From Camelus ferus (Eukaryota), in contig NC_045697.1 in assembly GCF_009834535.1 (NCBI RefSeq), forward strand, positions 114,330,001 to 114,394,000: DNA of 64,000 bases, read 5' to 3'. The notes beneath the pieces were generated by a model, which saw only the letters and a list, made by a program, of their open reading frames with translations, did no database searches and was not told where the DNA came from. Shown one piece after another: positions 26,526 to 39,045 of this stretch (the stretch's first letter is position 1; every line of letters begins with the position of its first letter). The translations under genes were made by a program, and so were the position numbers.

Positions 26526-27067
26526 TTTGTTGTTTACACGGGAAAAACATCAGCTTGACAACTGGGCATTTAGTTTCCAAATTCTTCTAGCACTAATTAC
26601 ATCTGCTTCGATAAGTCAGTGATGCATTTAGATATAAGCCATTCCAATAAAACATTTAAAAAATAATGATAACTTATTTCTTCTTCTAAAGTAAAATTAA
26701 TCTTATTCAATAATAAATGATACAAATAATAATGATCACATCTTCTCTATGTATAAAAATAAACTATTTTCACCTATTTCCACACGACCACTTACTGTGA
26801 GTTCTTTATATTTATTATAAGCTAATACACCTTCTGTTCTTAAACTACTGCATTCACCCACTGTTTTTTATAGACATTGGCAGTTAAGTCTCAACGGGAA
26901 CCAGTGGTGAGTAAAGGCTTTTTGCTTCAAGCAGTGTTATCTGAGCTCAAGGGTAGTTTTGACCCTCAGGAAATGGGTGATAAAACCCATCAGAAAAGTC
27001 CAACAGGAGTAAACCCGGAGTCAAACAAATTTAGGTTTATTCACTTGCTGTAGCAGGGAGACCACGG

Positions 27068-27448
27068 GCAGCTCAGGCTACTGAGGCAAAATGTGACAGC
27101 CTGGGGGCTTAAACAATAGATCTTTATTTTCTCCCAGGTTGAGAGGCTACAAAGCCAAGATCAAGGTGCTGACAGGTGTGGTTCTTCCTGGGTCTTTTCT
27201 CCTTGTTTGCAGATAACTCCCTCTCACTGTGCCCTCACACAGTTGTCACTCTCTATGGGTTCATCCCTGGCACCTCACTTTTTGTAAGGACACCAATCGT
27301 AATGGATCCAGGCCCTTCCTAATGGCCTCATTCAACTTATTGTATTTACCCCTTTAAAAGCTCTATCTCCAAATAAACTGACATTCAGAGGTCCTGGGGC
27401 TTAGGGCTTCAACATATGAAGGGAGGACACATCTCAATCCAGCATAAC
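27068..27448 (-). mobile_element. MaLR LTR (MLT1A/B-like)
   Basis: ggcttaaacaataga..tttattttctc..ccaagatcaaggtg..taaggacaccaatc..gggcttcaacatatgaa..ataac are MLT1 hallmarks. Confidence 0.85.
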
Positions 27449-27558
27449 TGGGAATCAGGCATTTTCCTGAGGAAAGACTGGAGGAAACAGAATTCAACTT
27501 TATTTTGGTTCCTGTCAAAAAGCAAGGGGGGACTTAGCAATTGGTTAAGTCAATAATC

Positions 27559-28479
27559 TTTTTTAAAAATTTTTGTTTACTGATGTTTTGAAGTATAGTT
27601 GATTTACAATGTTGTGCTATTTTCAGGTGTACAGCACAATGATTCAGTTGTATATATATAAAAAATACACACACACACACACATATACGCACACATATTC
27701 ATTTGCAGATTCTTTTCCATTAGGTTATTACAAAATTTTGAATATAGTTCCTTGTGCTATATGGTAGGTTCTTGCTGTTTATCTATTTTATATATAGTGA
27801 TGTGTATCTGTTGATCCCAAACTTCTAACTTATCCCTGCCCATGTTTCCCTTTTGGTAACTATAAGCTTGTTTTCTATGTCTGTGAGTCACCTTCTGTTT
27901 TGTAAATAAGTTCATTTGCTTCATTTTTTAAATTGCACATACAAGTGATATCATATGGTATTTGCCTTTCTTTGACTCACTTAGCATGATAATTTGTAGG
28001 TTCATCCATGTTGGTACAAATGGCATTGTTTCATTCTTTTTTATGGCTGAATAGCATCCCATTATATATATATATGTGTATATATATGTGTGTATATATA
28101 TACACACACACACACCAGTATTTTTTATCCAATTGTCTGTGGATGGATATTTAGTTTGCTTCCACTTCTTGGCTATTGTCAAGAGTGCTGCTCTGAAAAC
28201 TGGAGTATGTGTATCTTTTGAATTAGAGTTGTTTACCTTTTCCAGATATATGCCTGAGAGTGGGACTGCTGGATCATATGGTACCTCTATTTTTAAGTAC
28301 TCAAAGGAGCCTCCATACTGTTCTCCATAGTTGCTACACCAATATATTTTCCCACCAACAGCGCAGGAGGGTTCCTTTTATCCAAACCCTCTCCAGCATT
28401 TATTATTTGTAGATTGCTTTGATCATAGCCATTCTGACTGTTTGAGATAATACTTCATCATAGTTTTGATTTGCATTTC
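27559..28479 (-). mobile_element. 5'-truncated L1 (3' UTR plus ORF2 C-terminus)
   Basis: Antisense TIAKKWKQTKYPSTDNWIK and an L1 3' UTR with internal (TA)/(CA) tracts. Confidence 0.95.
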
Positions 28480-28955
28480 AAAATGTCTTTAACCAGAGCA
28501 AGAAAGTGGATCTAGAGACATCAATGGTATGATAGGAGAAATCACTCAATAAAAGGTGATTGCTTTAACCAACAGCAAGGGTAGCCTGTGAAAAAGTGTT
28601 TATTTGTTACCTTTGGAGTTAATCAACCTATGATTGGTTAGCTAGTCTGATAATTATTGATTGATTATTGATTTTATTGTCTCATTTTAGGATGTCATAC
28701 GAAATAAAGTGCAGAAGGTAGACAATCCTGAGTTCTCTCTGAAGTGATATCCTGAGGTTGGCACTTCTTTTGGGGGGATGACTACATGGCTACTCATGGA
28801 TAAATGGTCATTAATAGGTTCCTATACCCATGGAAGCCTAATAAAAGTCCCCATGAACAAGCTCCATGACGTTACTGTGTAAGCATATTATCCCTCTGGC
28901 CCTTCCCCTGAGCTTCAGGAAGACTGAAGCTTTCATTTGATTCAAAATGATTTTT

Positions 28956-29174
28956 TTTTTAATTTTTTTATTGAACTATAGTCAGTCACAATGCATCAAT
29001 TTCTGGTGTACAGCACAATGTCCCAGTCATGATAATACATGCATATGTTCATTTTCATATTCTTTTTCATTAATAGTTATTATAAGATATTGAATATAGT
29101 TCCCTGTGCTCTACAGAAGAAACTTTTTTTAATCTTTTTTTTATATAGTGGCTAACTTGCAAATCTCAAACTCC
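28956..29174 (-). mobile_element. Short L1 3' end with perfect TSD
   Basis: TSD caaaatgattttt at 28943-28955 and 29175-29187 flanking L1 3' UTR sequence. Confidence 0.92.
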
Positions 29175-30203
29175 CAAAATGATTTTTAAATTTTAATGTG
29201 GATTTACTTGCATCTTGAGTGTCATAAATTAATTCCAGTGCTATAGAGTAGCCTATATTTCATTTTGTAAATCAAGGGAAATCATTAATAATTTTAAATA
29301 GGATACTGTCATAGCTAATTTTTCAAGATTCCACTAGTACCACCAATTTCAGGATCTATTTGTGCCTTCTTGGAAACATATTTAAATATGTACTAAGGAA
29401 GTGTGTTTCATAATATACTATGATATAAATAACCCACGATATCTTATAAATAGTATATAATGGTGATTAAGTATAGTAACATATTTATATGTAGGTAATG
29501 AATGTGTAATGTCAATCTAATACAAACCATTACAACTATTTCATAAACCAACATCAAAACATAAATAAAACCATTTTGAATTGTTTTATAGCAGTTGATT
29601 TCATACACAGTGTGTTCAAACATAATTTGAATAATGTGTTTGAATGAATTACTTAAGAATTCTTTTAAGTCAAATCAATTGTCCCTTAACTATGTGAAAT
29701 TATGATGAAATATTTTAACTTATATTTTGAATAAGTAAGACAATATGGAGAATTTTCTTAGAACATTAGCATTTGTGAGAATGAATAGTCATTATAAAAA
29801 TACACTGATATGGTTTGTAAAAGTCATATCTTGTTTTTCCTAAAACTTGTGCTAATTTTATAGTATATGATAAAACTGTGATTTCCTGGGTTTTTCTCAA
29901 TTCTTATAAACAGATATTAAAATATTTCTGTTTTCTTTGGGGGTAGAAATAGCTTCTGTTTTACTTGTGGAAATTTGGGAAAATGTTTTAATATATATTT
30001 AATTTTTTTTCTAAGTGACATTTATGACAACACTTAAGAAAACACAAAATATAAATTCCAGTGAATTTTAAGTATCTTGGAATGTTTGTCATCCATATGA
30101 ACAGAGATTAAAATAACTGATAGCAAATACTATCTCATTAAAATATGTATTAATTTTTTTCTTCCTTGATGTTTTGATGCATCAGAATGTTCATATGTGA
30201 ATA

Positions 30204-31835
30204 TTGCAAATATTTTCTCTCATTTTATAGGATGTCTTTTCATTTTGTGGAAAGTTTCCTTTGCTGTGAAAGAGCTTTTAAGTTATATTAGGTTTCAGTT
30301 GTTTATTTTTGCTTTTGTTTTAGTTTCTCTAGGAGATGGATCCAAAAAAATATTACTGTGATTTATGTCAAAGAGTGTTCTCCCTATAGTATCTGGTCTT
30401 ACATTTAGGTCTTTAATCCATTCGGAGTTTATTTTTGTATATGGTGTTAGAGAATGTTCTCATTTCATTCTTTCACATGTAGCTGTCCAGTTTTCCCAGA
30501 ACCACTTATTGAACAGACAATCTTTTCTCCATTGTATATTCTTGCCTCCTTTGTCATAGATTAATTGACCATAAGTGCATAGGTTTATTTTTGGACATTC
30601 TGTCCTGTTCTATTGAGCTGTGTCTGTTTTTGTGCCAGCACCATGATTTTCTCATTACTGTAGCTTTGTAGTATAGTCTGAAATCAGGGCTCATAATTCA
30701 TCCAGCTCTGTTCTACTTTCTCAAGATTGTTTTGGCTATTTGGGTTCTTTTGTGTTTCCAAACACATTTTAAAATTATTTTTCCTAGTTCTGTAAAATAT
30801 GTCATTTGTATTTTGGTAGGGGTCGCATTGAATCTGTAGATGGCCTTGGGTAGTATGTTCATTTTAACAATATCAGTTCTTCCAGTCTCAGAACACGGTG
30901 TATCTTTACATCCGTTTGCATTGTCCTCAGTCTCTTTCATCAGTCTTACAGTTTTTACAGTACAGGGCTTTTGCCTCTTTGGTCAGGTTTATTTCTAGGT
31001 ATTGTATTCTTTTTGATACGTTGGAGACATACAGATGGCCAAAAGGCACATGAAAAGATACTCAACATAACCAATTACTAGAGAAATGAAAATCAAAACA
31101 AAATGAGTTATCAATTCACACCAGTCAGAATAGCTGTCATCAAAAAAATCTACAAATAGTAAATGCTGAAGAAGGGTGTGGAGAAAAAGAAACCCTCTTA
31201 TACTGTTGGTAGGAATGTAAATGGGTGAAGCCATTATGAAGAACAGCATGGAGGTTCCTTAAAAAACTGAAAATAGAGTTATCATATGATCTACAATCCC
31301 ACTCCTGGGCATATATCCAGAAAAGATGAAAATCCTAATTCAAAAAGAGACATGCACCCCAATGTTCATAGCAGCACTATTTGTAATAGCCAAAACATGG
31401 AAGCAATCTGAATGTTCTTTGACAGATAAATGGATAAAGAAGATACAGTGTATATGTATATACAATAGAGCATTACTCAGCCATAAAAAGGAATGAAATA
31501 ATGACATTTTCAGCAACATGGATGGACCTAGAGATAATCAATCATACTAAGTGAAGTAAGTCACACAAAGACAAATATCACATGATATCGCTTGTGTGTG
31601 GAATCTAAAAAAAAAGTGATACAAATGAATTTATTTACAAAACAGGAAGAGACTCACAGACATAGAAAACAAACTTACGGTTATCAATGGGGAAGGTGAG
31701 GGAAGGATAAATTAGAAGTATGGGATTAACAGATACACATTTCTGTGTATAAAAGAGATAAACAACAAGGACCTACTGTATAGCATAGGGAACTGTATTT
31801 AATATTTTATAATCTATAATGGATAAGAATCTTAA

Positions 31836-31888
<53 letters not shown>

Positions 31889-31930
31889 GTATCACTATGC
31901 TATACACTTGAAACTAACACAACATTGTAA
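30204..31930 (+). mobile_element. L1 with 5' inversion (antisense ORF2 30204-~31022; sense ORF2 end plus 3' UTR ~31023-31930)
   Basis: Minus-strand ORF2 peptide ([16 protein letters not shown]) followed abruptly by plus-strand DIQMAKRHMKR and the 3' UTR. Confidence 0.9.
31842..31884. repeat. (TA)n microsatellite within an L1 3' UTR
   Basis: About 21 perfect TA units. Confidence 0.97.
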
Positions 31931-33144
31931 TGCTCACTGAACTTAGGACAGAGTCTCTTGACTAAAGGATGCTTTCTGTGGTTTTAAAATTCAATGGCTT
32001 TTAAATTACATTCTAAAGAGGCAAACCAAATGAACACAAGCTTAATTTAGTCTCATTTCCAGATAGAAAGAATATGCCTCCATGAAGCTTATTAGTTTAG
32101 AATTTTAGCATTAGTTTTGAGGAAACAACGAAGTAGAACTTAAAAAAGAAACAAGAAGCTCCACATTACATTATTGCTAATAGAATTTATAATTGAATAT
32201 GTAACTGAAACATACATTTTAAGTAGAAATCTTTCTGTCTTAATCATTTCATAATTAGTAGCATGTTATATGCATTATAAAAACACAGGCTTATAAACGT
32301 ACAAATTAGCATAAATTTACATAATTGTATTCCATAGAAATTCAATATTTTATGAGCCACAAAAGAAATGGCCAAGACGATACTCGTTCTGTATATCTTA
32401 AATGTGAATTTATGAATGTGTTTCTTGTAGATTTTCTATTAAATAATGTAAACGTATGCCTGAAAATATACTGCAACTCATACAGCAGATTCCAAGTTAC
32501 CACAACACAAGCTGTTACTTGGGAAACAGAGCGCACTTCTGGAAAACACAAGGGGTGAAGGTTAGGGGAGGAAGAAAGCAAACTGCTTTTGTCTTGTTTT
32601 TGAGCCGAAAAGACTTATTTCTTGTGATCGGCACTAAATAGCAGATATTAAATGTCCAACAAATGTTTAATATTAAAAGTGAAAATATTTCTATAAACTA
32701 ATTACAAGGAATATCTTCCTTTTTATATATACATCATGGGGATGATTTTTAAATAAAAACCTAAAAACATTTAAAAGTTTCAATTTTACGTATTTACACT
32801 TCATAATTTTATTTGTGAAACTAATAACAGAATTTATAATTTCTTTATTCTAAAAATAAAGTAACAAAAGTTTCAGAGAGTAAACAATGTGTTGATATCG
32901 GTCAGCTAGTTAAGGACAGGCACAGAACTTAAAATCAGGTTTCTGGTTCATTTTGCTATTCCTCATCCTTTTTCATGTTTCTTTATTGCTTTTTGTTGCT
33001 TTGAACTGTTAAAACAGATTACTCTTGCTCTTCTTCACTTTCTCTTACTCCTCACTCTCCTCCAAACTTTGATCACTGCTGTGAATTTCAATTTTTAGAC
33101 CTTCTTATTGTCTTTCACTACTGGTTCCAAACTGGCCTCTAGTA

Positions 33145-34730
33145 TGTCATGGAAGATGGTTAAATTGGAAGCTCCAGGAAATGGTCCCTTCACTGAAACA
33201 ATAATTGAGCAAATATATCTACAGGAATAGTCAGGGGTTCAACTATAGGGCTATGGATTCCAGCCAAATAATTGGAGTACCCAGGAGAGTGCCTGAGGAA
33301 TAAAGAGACTGGTAAAATTTGAGGAATTTTGGCATTTCACATAACAGCTACCATCCCTATTCCCCAGCTCCCATGGCAGCCATCTGTGAGAGTAGTAGCA
33401 CACATTCCTGGTGTGGCTTCTGATGCCTGGGTGGACGATGCGGACCTTATCCTCTAGGGATCAAGGTCGCATTGTTGATATGCCTGTTGGTTTGGTGGGC
33501 AACTGCTGCAGAGGTTGGCTCAGATGGCTTCCCAGGTAACATTTACAAAAATAATGTCAAGAAAAAAACCTCTTTTTAAGAAGAAAATTAATATTTGTCC
33601 CAGGCATTTAAGGAAATCACTGTAAGGTCATTAGATGACTGTAGAGATAACAGAACAAAGATTTCAGTGATAACACATGACAAAAAATACAGTCTTTGCA
33701 AAAAATAAAAATTTAAAAAAAGCTTACAAAAGTCACTAAGCAAATGGACAACTTGCAGCCCTCAACCAGTAACATCATCAGTCTCTGATGAGGGAGGATA
33801 ACTTGATCTCCAGAGTTAACACATAACAATATTAAAAATGTCAAATTCTTAACAAAATTTATAAAACATCCTAAACAAAACATGAAAACATAACCCCTTC
33901 ATAAGAAGAAAAATAAAGTCAGAAAACTTCTCTGAGGAAGTCCAGATATTAGATTCATTAGATGAAGACTTTAAATTAACTGTCTTAAATATGCTCAAAG
34001 TGCTGAAGGAAACTGTGGATTAACAAAATAATGCAAATCAGGAGACTGATGTAAGAATAACTAGATAATATCAGAGATACAATTTATAGGTAATAATAAG
34101 AGATATAAATTATTAAGAAAAAAAAAAAAGAAACACACAAAGCGTCTAGGTGAAAAGTAACGTAGCTGAAAGAAAAAATGTCCACAACTTGATGTTGAAT
34201 CATGACAGGGGTTCAACAGCAGATTTTAGCAAGCAGGAAAAAAACCAGAAAATTTGAAGATAGGGCAATTGAAATCCCTCAATCTTTGGAGAAAATAAAC
34301 AAAAAGAATAGAGAAAAAGTAACAGCCTAAGGCACCAAGAGACATAGCAAAACAGGAATTCTACGAATCACAGAAAGAAAAGAGAAAGAGAATGAGAACA
34401 GAAAATGTATTTTAAACTATAATGTCTGAAAACTTCCCAAATTTGATGAAACATATGAATCTACATATCCAAGAAGCTGAATGGACTTAAAGCTGAATTT
34501 ACTCCAAAGACGTCTACACCGAGACACATTATAGTCAAACTGTTGAAAGACAAAGAGGGAATCTTAAAAAAACAAAAAGCAAAAAAGGAAGTTGCTCCTC
34601 TTATGCAGAGGATTCTCATAAGAAAGTATAGAGGCAGTAGGATGAAACATCTAAGTGCTCAAGAAAAGAAACCTTGTAAAAAAGGAATTCTGAAAGAGAC
34701 AAAAATTATCATTCCAGAAATGAAGGAGAA
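33145..34730 (+). mobile_element. Old L1 5' region / ORF1 relic (L1MC/L1MD-like)
   Basis: A-rich strand with gactttaaattaactgtcttaaatatgctcaaag, gaaaacttcccaaatttgatgaaa, acacattatagtcaaactgttgaaagacaaagag (ENFPNL and RHIIVKL motifs of ORF1p). Confidence 0.75.
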
Positions 34731-34731
34731 T

Positions 34732-35250
34732 AAATAAGCTCACTTGTGTCGTTTTTAAGAGTCCACATATACAGTGATAGAAATGGTATTTTTCTTTCTC
34801 ATTCTGGTTTACTTCACTTAGTATGAAAATGTTCAAGTCCATCCATGTTGCTGCAAATGCATTATTTTATTATTTTTTATAGCTGAGTAATATTCTGTTG
34901 TATAAATATATCACAACTTCTTTATCCAGTTATCTGCTGATGGACATTTAGGCTGTTTCCATGTCTTGGCTATTGTAGATTGCTGCTATGAACATCGGGG
35001 TGCATGTATCTTTTTGAATTAGAGTTTCCTGTGGATACATACCCAGGAGTGGGGTCACTGGATCATATAGTAAGTCTATTTTCAGTTTTTGAAAGAATCT
35101 CCATACTGTTGTTTACAACGGCTGAACAAAACTACATTCCCATTGACGGTATAGGAGGGTTCCTTTTTTCTACACACCCTCTCCAGCATTTATGAGGTGT
35201 CACGTCACACTAGTCAGAATGGCCCACATTAAAATGTCCACAAACAAAAG
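34732..35250 (-). mobile_element. L1 fragment with a short 5' inversion (35192-35250), distal 3' UTR missing
   Basis: Antisense L1 up to ...ctccagcattt, then sense atgaggtgtcacgtcacactagtcagaatggcc...ccacaaacaa. Confidence 0.88.
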
Positions 35251-35344
35251 TTGGCATTCATTTTGACAGCTCAAATATCAAATACGAATGAAAAATTTTA
35301 ATTTGTCACCAAATTTGTTTCACTCATTCTAAGGATTTATCCTA

Positions 35345-35530
35345 AAATTATATTTAAGTACTTACTATGTGCTACATTGTTTCCCATGCTTTATTAGGTT
35401 TCATTGATTTAATCTTCCAAAATCATGAGTTAGAATTATTACTCCATTTTAAATTTAGAAACACCAGAATAGGGAACAATTGTGTAACTTTCTTAAGGAC
35501 ATAAGACTAAGTGGTGGAGCTGTGTGTTTC
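35345..35530 (-). mobile_element. MIR SINE relic
   Basis: tatttaagtacttactatgtgc...tttaatcttc...attattactccatttta...gtaactttcttaaggacata. Confidence 0.65.
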
Positions 35531-36869
35531 CTAATTCGATTTTATATTTCTCTTATTTACTGTGATTTTTTTGTTTTGGGGGATTTTACATTTGTAAAGC
35601 AGAAAACCAAGTGATGGTATCCTGAAGTGCTCATTGGCAACACCAGTACTGACACATGCTTAGTGGAATCATTTCTTTTTAATGAAGATTATTTTCAAAT
35701 CACACAAGGCAGACTTTTTTTACTTAACTCATATGACCCAGGGCTGGATTTAGCTGCTTCATTAATTGATTTCCATAGTTACTCTCTCATATAATGAAAC
35801 TTTGCTTTGACTCTGTAATTCAGTTTGATTTCTGGACAGCGTCCACAAACTATTACTGTTTTTAGTGCTACACTTCACTGCACCGAGTGATTTAATGTGT
35901 TTTTCTTTAATGCCAGAGGAACTTACAAACAGGATATATTAGAAACATGGAATTATTTTGAATCTTGCTGTTTTCAATCTTTCAGTGCCTTTCATTTTTC
36001 AAGTCTTCATACTACCACTGTTAGTATGTTACCTAAAATTTTTGCTTGATCTTTTGTAAATGTCTTGTTTGACAAGATATTTGCATTTTCAGGCATTTTC
36101 TTCCAGGGAAAACTCAGAAATTCAGAGATATGTTTGGAAATATACACTTCATTATAATTCCTTCTCTACATGTTTTCCTTATTTAATAGAAATAAAAATA
36201 AAACATTTGAAATAAAAACAAACTCTAATCTCTAAGAAAGGTGGCGTAAGTCATATCACTAGGATATGAATGTCTGTACGAAACCCTTATCCTCCCAAAT
36301 GAAGACGGTGGAGAGAGAAAGATGAAAACAAAACAAATAAAGGCAGAAAAGTGAAAGATTTAAAGTAGCCCTTCATTAAGCAGATTAAATAATGAGTCTT
36401 CCTGTAAAAGTTAGCAAACAAAAGCTGAAAAGAAGATGGAAGTGTTGAAGGAATGAGAAAATGTGTCTTGGAAGGGGCAAAGAACAGCTTAGAATTGGGA
36501 CACAACACACACAATACGGGTGAGTGGTTCAGACTGATCTAATTAAGTACATTCAGAGCTTGGAATATGATATGAAAAATACATAGCATTGCATCTAAAA
36601 CCATGTTCACATCAGTTTAATTTGAATCTCAAAGCTCTAGGTACCTAAACTGAAATCTGGATTACATTCATCTTTAACCTGATATTTCCTTCTTACATAA
36701 AAACATACTGATGTAAAGTTTTGAGGTTAAAATTTCATCTTTTTATTATCCTTGCTATAATAGTGGATTTAACTTTATCTGACATTATTGCATTTTGTTT
36801 CAAAACTAATTGGATGAATACAATTAGGAACAAAAGTGTAAATACTTGAGCCTTGGTATGTAATATTTT

Positions 36870-37000
36870 TTCATGTTTTCTTGAATTTTAAATTCTCTGA
36901 GGACAGGACTGCCTCTGTCTGTTTCAAAAATATAATTAACACATACATACTCTCCAGCATATCGAATGTGTGCATTAAATATTGTCTATGAAGGAAGGCA
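36870..37000 (+). mobile_element. L2 3' end relic
   Basis: aattctctgaggacaggactgcctctgtctgtttc...cattaaatattgtctatgaaggaagg. Confidence 0.5.
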
Positions 37001-37229
37001 CAGATCATGATGATTTATTATTTTTATTTTCTCAGTGAGCTATTGTTTATTCCAAAGCTTTCTAATTCACTTAGGTAATTTTCTATGTATTTAATAAATA
37101 TTTATACTTATACTCTGTGTGAGGCACAATACTTTTTCAATAATCCCCATTTTTTTTTTTTTTTTTGCGTTTAATTATCTCAGCACTTACATTCTCCTGT
37201 GTACTCACCCCTCTTCCCAGTGCTAGAAC

Positions 37230-37480
37230 TGGTGTAGTACGGTGCTAACGAGCCCTCACTCCTGGAGCTGGCAGTGTGGAGTGCTACATTCCAGTCCCAG
37301 CTCAACCGCTTCACCATCGGGTGTCCTTAGGAAAGTTACACAATTGTTCCCTCTCCCCGTGTTTCTAACTTCGAAATGGAATAATTCTACCTCACATGAC
37401 TTTGGAGGGTTAAATTAATAAAACCTAATAAAGCATGGGAAATAGTGTAGCACCTCGTAAGTACTTAAATGTATGTTACA
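37230..37480 (+). mobile_element. MIR SINE
   Basis: gtcccagctcaaccgctt...gtgtccttaggaaagttac...aaatggaataattctacctcac...gtaagtacttaaatg. Confidence 0.75.
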
Positions 37481-37589
37481 AATAATTGTGAAAATTGTGT
37501 TTTACTGAAACCTTAATTTCTATATATTATTATTCAGTGTTTTGGCATACTGCTTTTAATTTTCTCTTCTTTAAATTTTATGCTGTAAG

Positions 37590-37810
37590 TGTTCAAATTT
37601 TATATCATCTTTGCTCCACTGCTCATAACTCTACAACTCTGAATAATTATTTAACCTTCCTAAGATCTCATACCCCACCTACAACCTCAGGATAATAACA
37701 ATACTTGCTTCAATATTAATTGGGGTTTCCAAGACTAAGATAAAGAATTTAGTACAATGTCTAGCACATACTTGGGGTTCAAAAAATTTAGTTATTAAAA
37801 TTATTATTGT
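37590..37810 (+). mobile_element. MIR relic
   Basis: ctctgaataattatttaacctt...gataataacaatac...agtacaatgtctagcacata. Confidence 0.5.
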
Positions 37811-38539
37811 TTTAAACATTTATTGTTTGCTGCAAATGGATCAAAGGGTAGTAATACCCTTCCCATACTATAACTCATCTTTTATTTAGTTTTGCTTCAC
37901 TGTCATGTAGCAAAATTCTCTCCCATAACAACATACAGTTAATCTCCAAACATTGTTTGGTCTCTAACCAGCCCACATCAATGTGTTTCTTTCTTTCAGA
38001 ATTCGTTCTGGGTATTACCTTACATTTATCTAAATTAAATCTCAGCCCGGATTGGTATTTTCCCATTTCTCACTTTTCTTCACTCCGAAATTTTCTCCCC
38101 CTCCACTGGGTTTGCAGCTCATTTGGAAAATGTATCCGTAACTCTGATAAATGCGCACTCTCCTTTCTGTTGATCAGTTGTAGTGATAGACCCCCTTCTG
38201 TGGATTCGACTTGACTCATATAATTATAACATCCTTTCTCTATATTTTCAACGATTTATTTCTGTAATTTGTGTTATCAGTAGTAGCAGTTAATAATGAA
38301 AACAAAACTTGAAAGAATGTGGACCTTAGAAACTGTCCAGATTGGTTCGCTATTACTTGTCGCGTTTTTCTGAGCCCACATGTCTAAAAAATGGGGCCGA
38401 GGACTGTTGCAAATATTCTGTTTTTCTTTTTTTCAACACTCACTGTTTTATTCATCAGAATTTCCAGAACCAGGGTCTGTACAGGGCAAGCAGAAAAATA
38501 CAGAATCTTACTATTTTGAAAGGGCAGCTATGGCAAACA

Positions 38540-39045
38540 CGCACGTGCGCAGGAAGGGGCCCCGGACTTGGGGGGGGGTGGGCGCAGGGCAGAGAGCGGG
38601 CTGGGGGTGTGACTGTGCCCCCACTAGCGGGCCCGGTTCTGGAAGCGGAAGCAGCCCCTGGCAATCTCCCACGCCGTGTTGCCCGGTGAGGCCTGGGCGG
38701 TCAGGATGACGTTCTGGTTGACGTCCCGCTGCTTGCTGCCCTCGAACTTCCCCGTCCCCCGGGGTCACCACGACGACGGTGGTCTGGCTCCGGGTGGCTC
38801 CGCCGTGAACGGGCTGGCAGTCCACCGCGTGGATCTGGAACTCGCTGGAAGGCAGCATCTCAGAAAACTCACGCAAGGACTCCTGTCCTGAAACGGCGTG
38901 TCCGTTCGTCACCAGGGTGGCCGCGCGCGGGGACAGGCGGGGTGGCAGCCCCCGCCGCCCGTCGGTGGCGGCGCAGCACACGGTCACAGGGCCCTCCGCC
39001 GCGCGGCAGGCCTGGCCTCCTGAAGTCCGCGGACGCCACCTCGGG
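38540..39045. promoter_or_regulatory. Intronic (orphan) CpG island
   Basis: Hand count of roughly 50-55 CpG in about 505 bp, strongly GC-rich against AT-rich flanks. Contains CACGTG, GGAAGCGGAAG and GGGCGG motifs. Function is inferred only. Confidence 0.75.
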
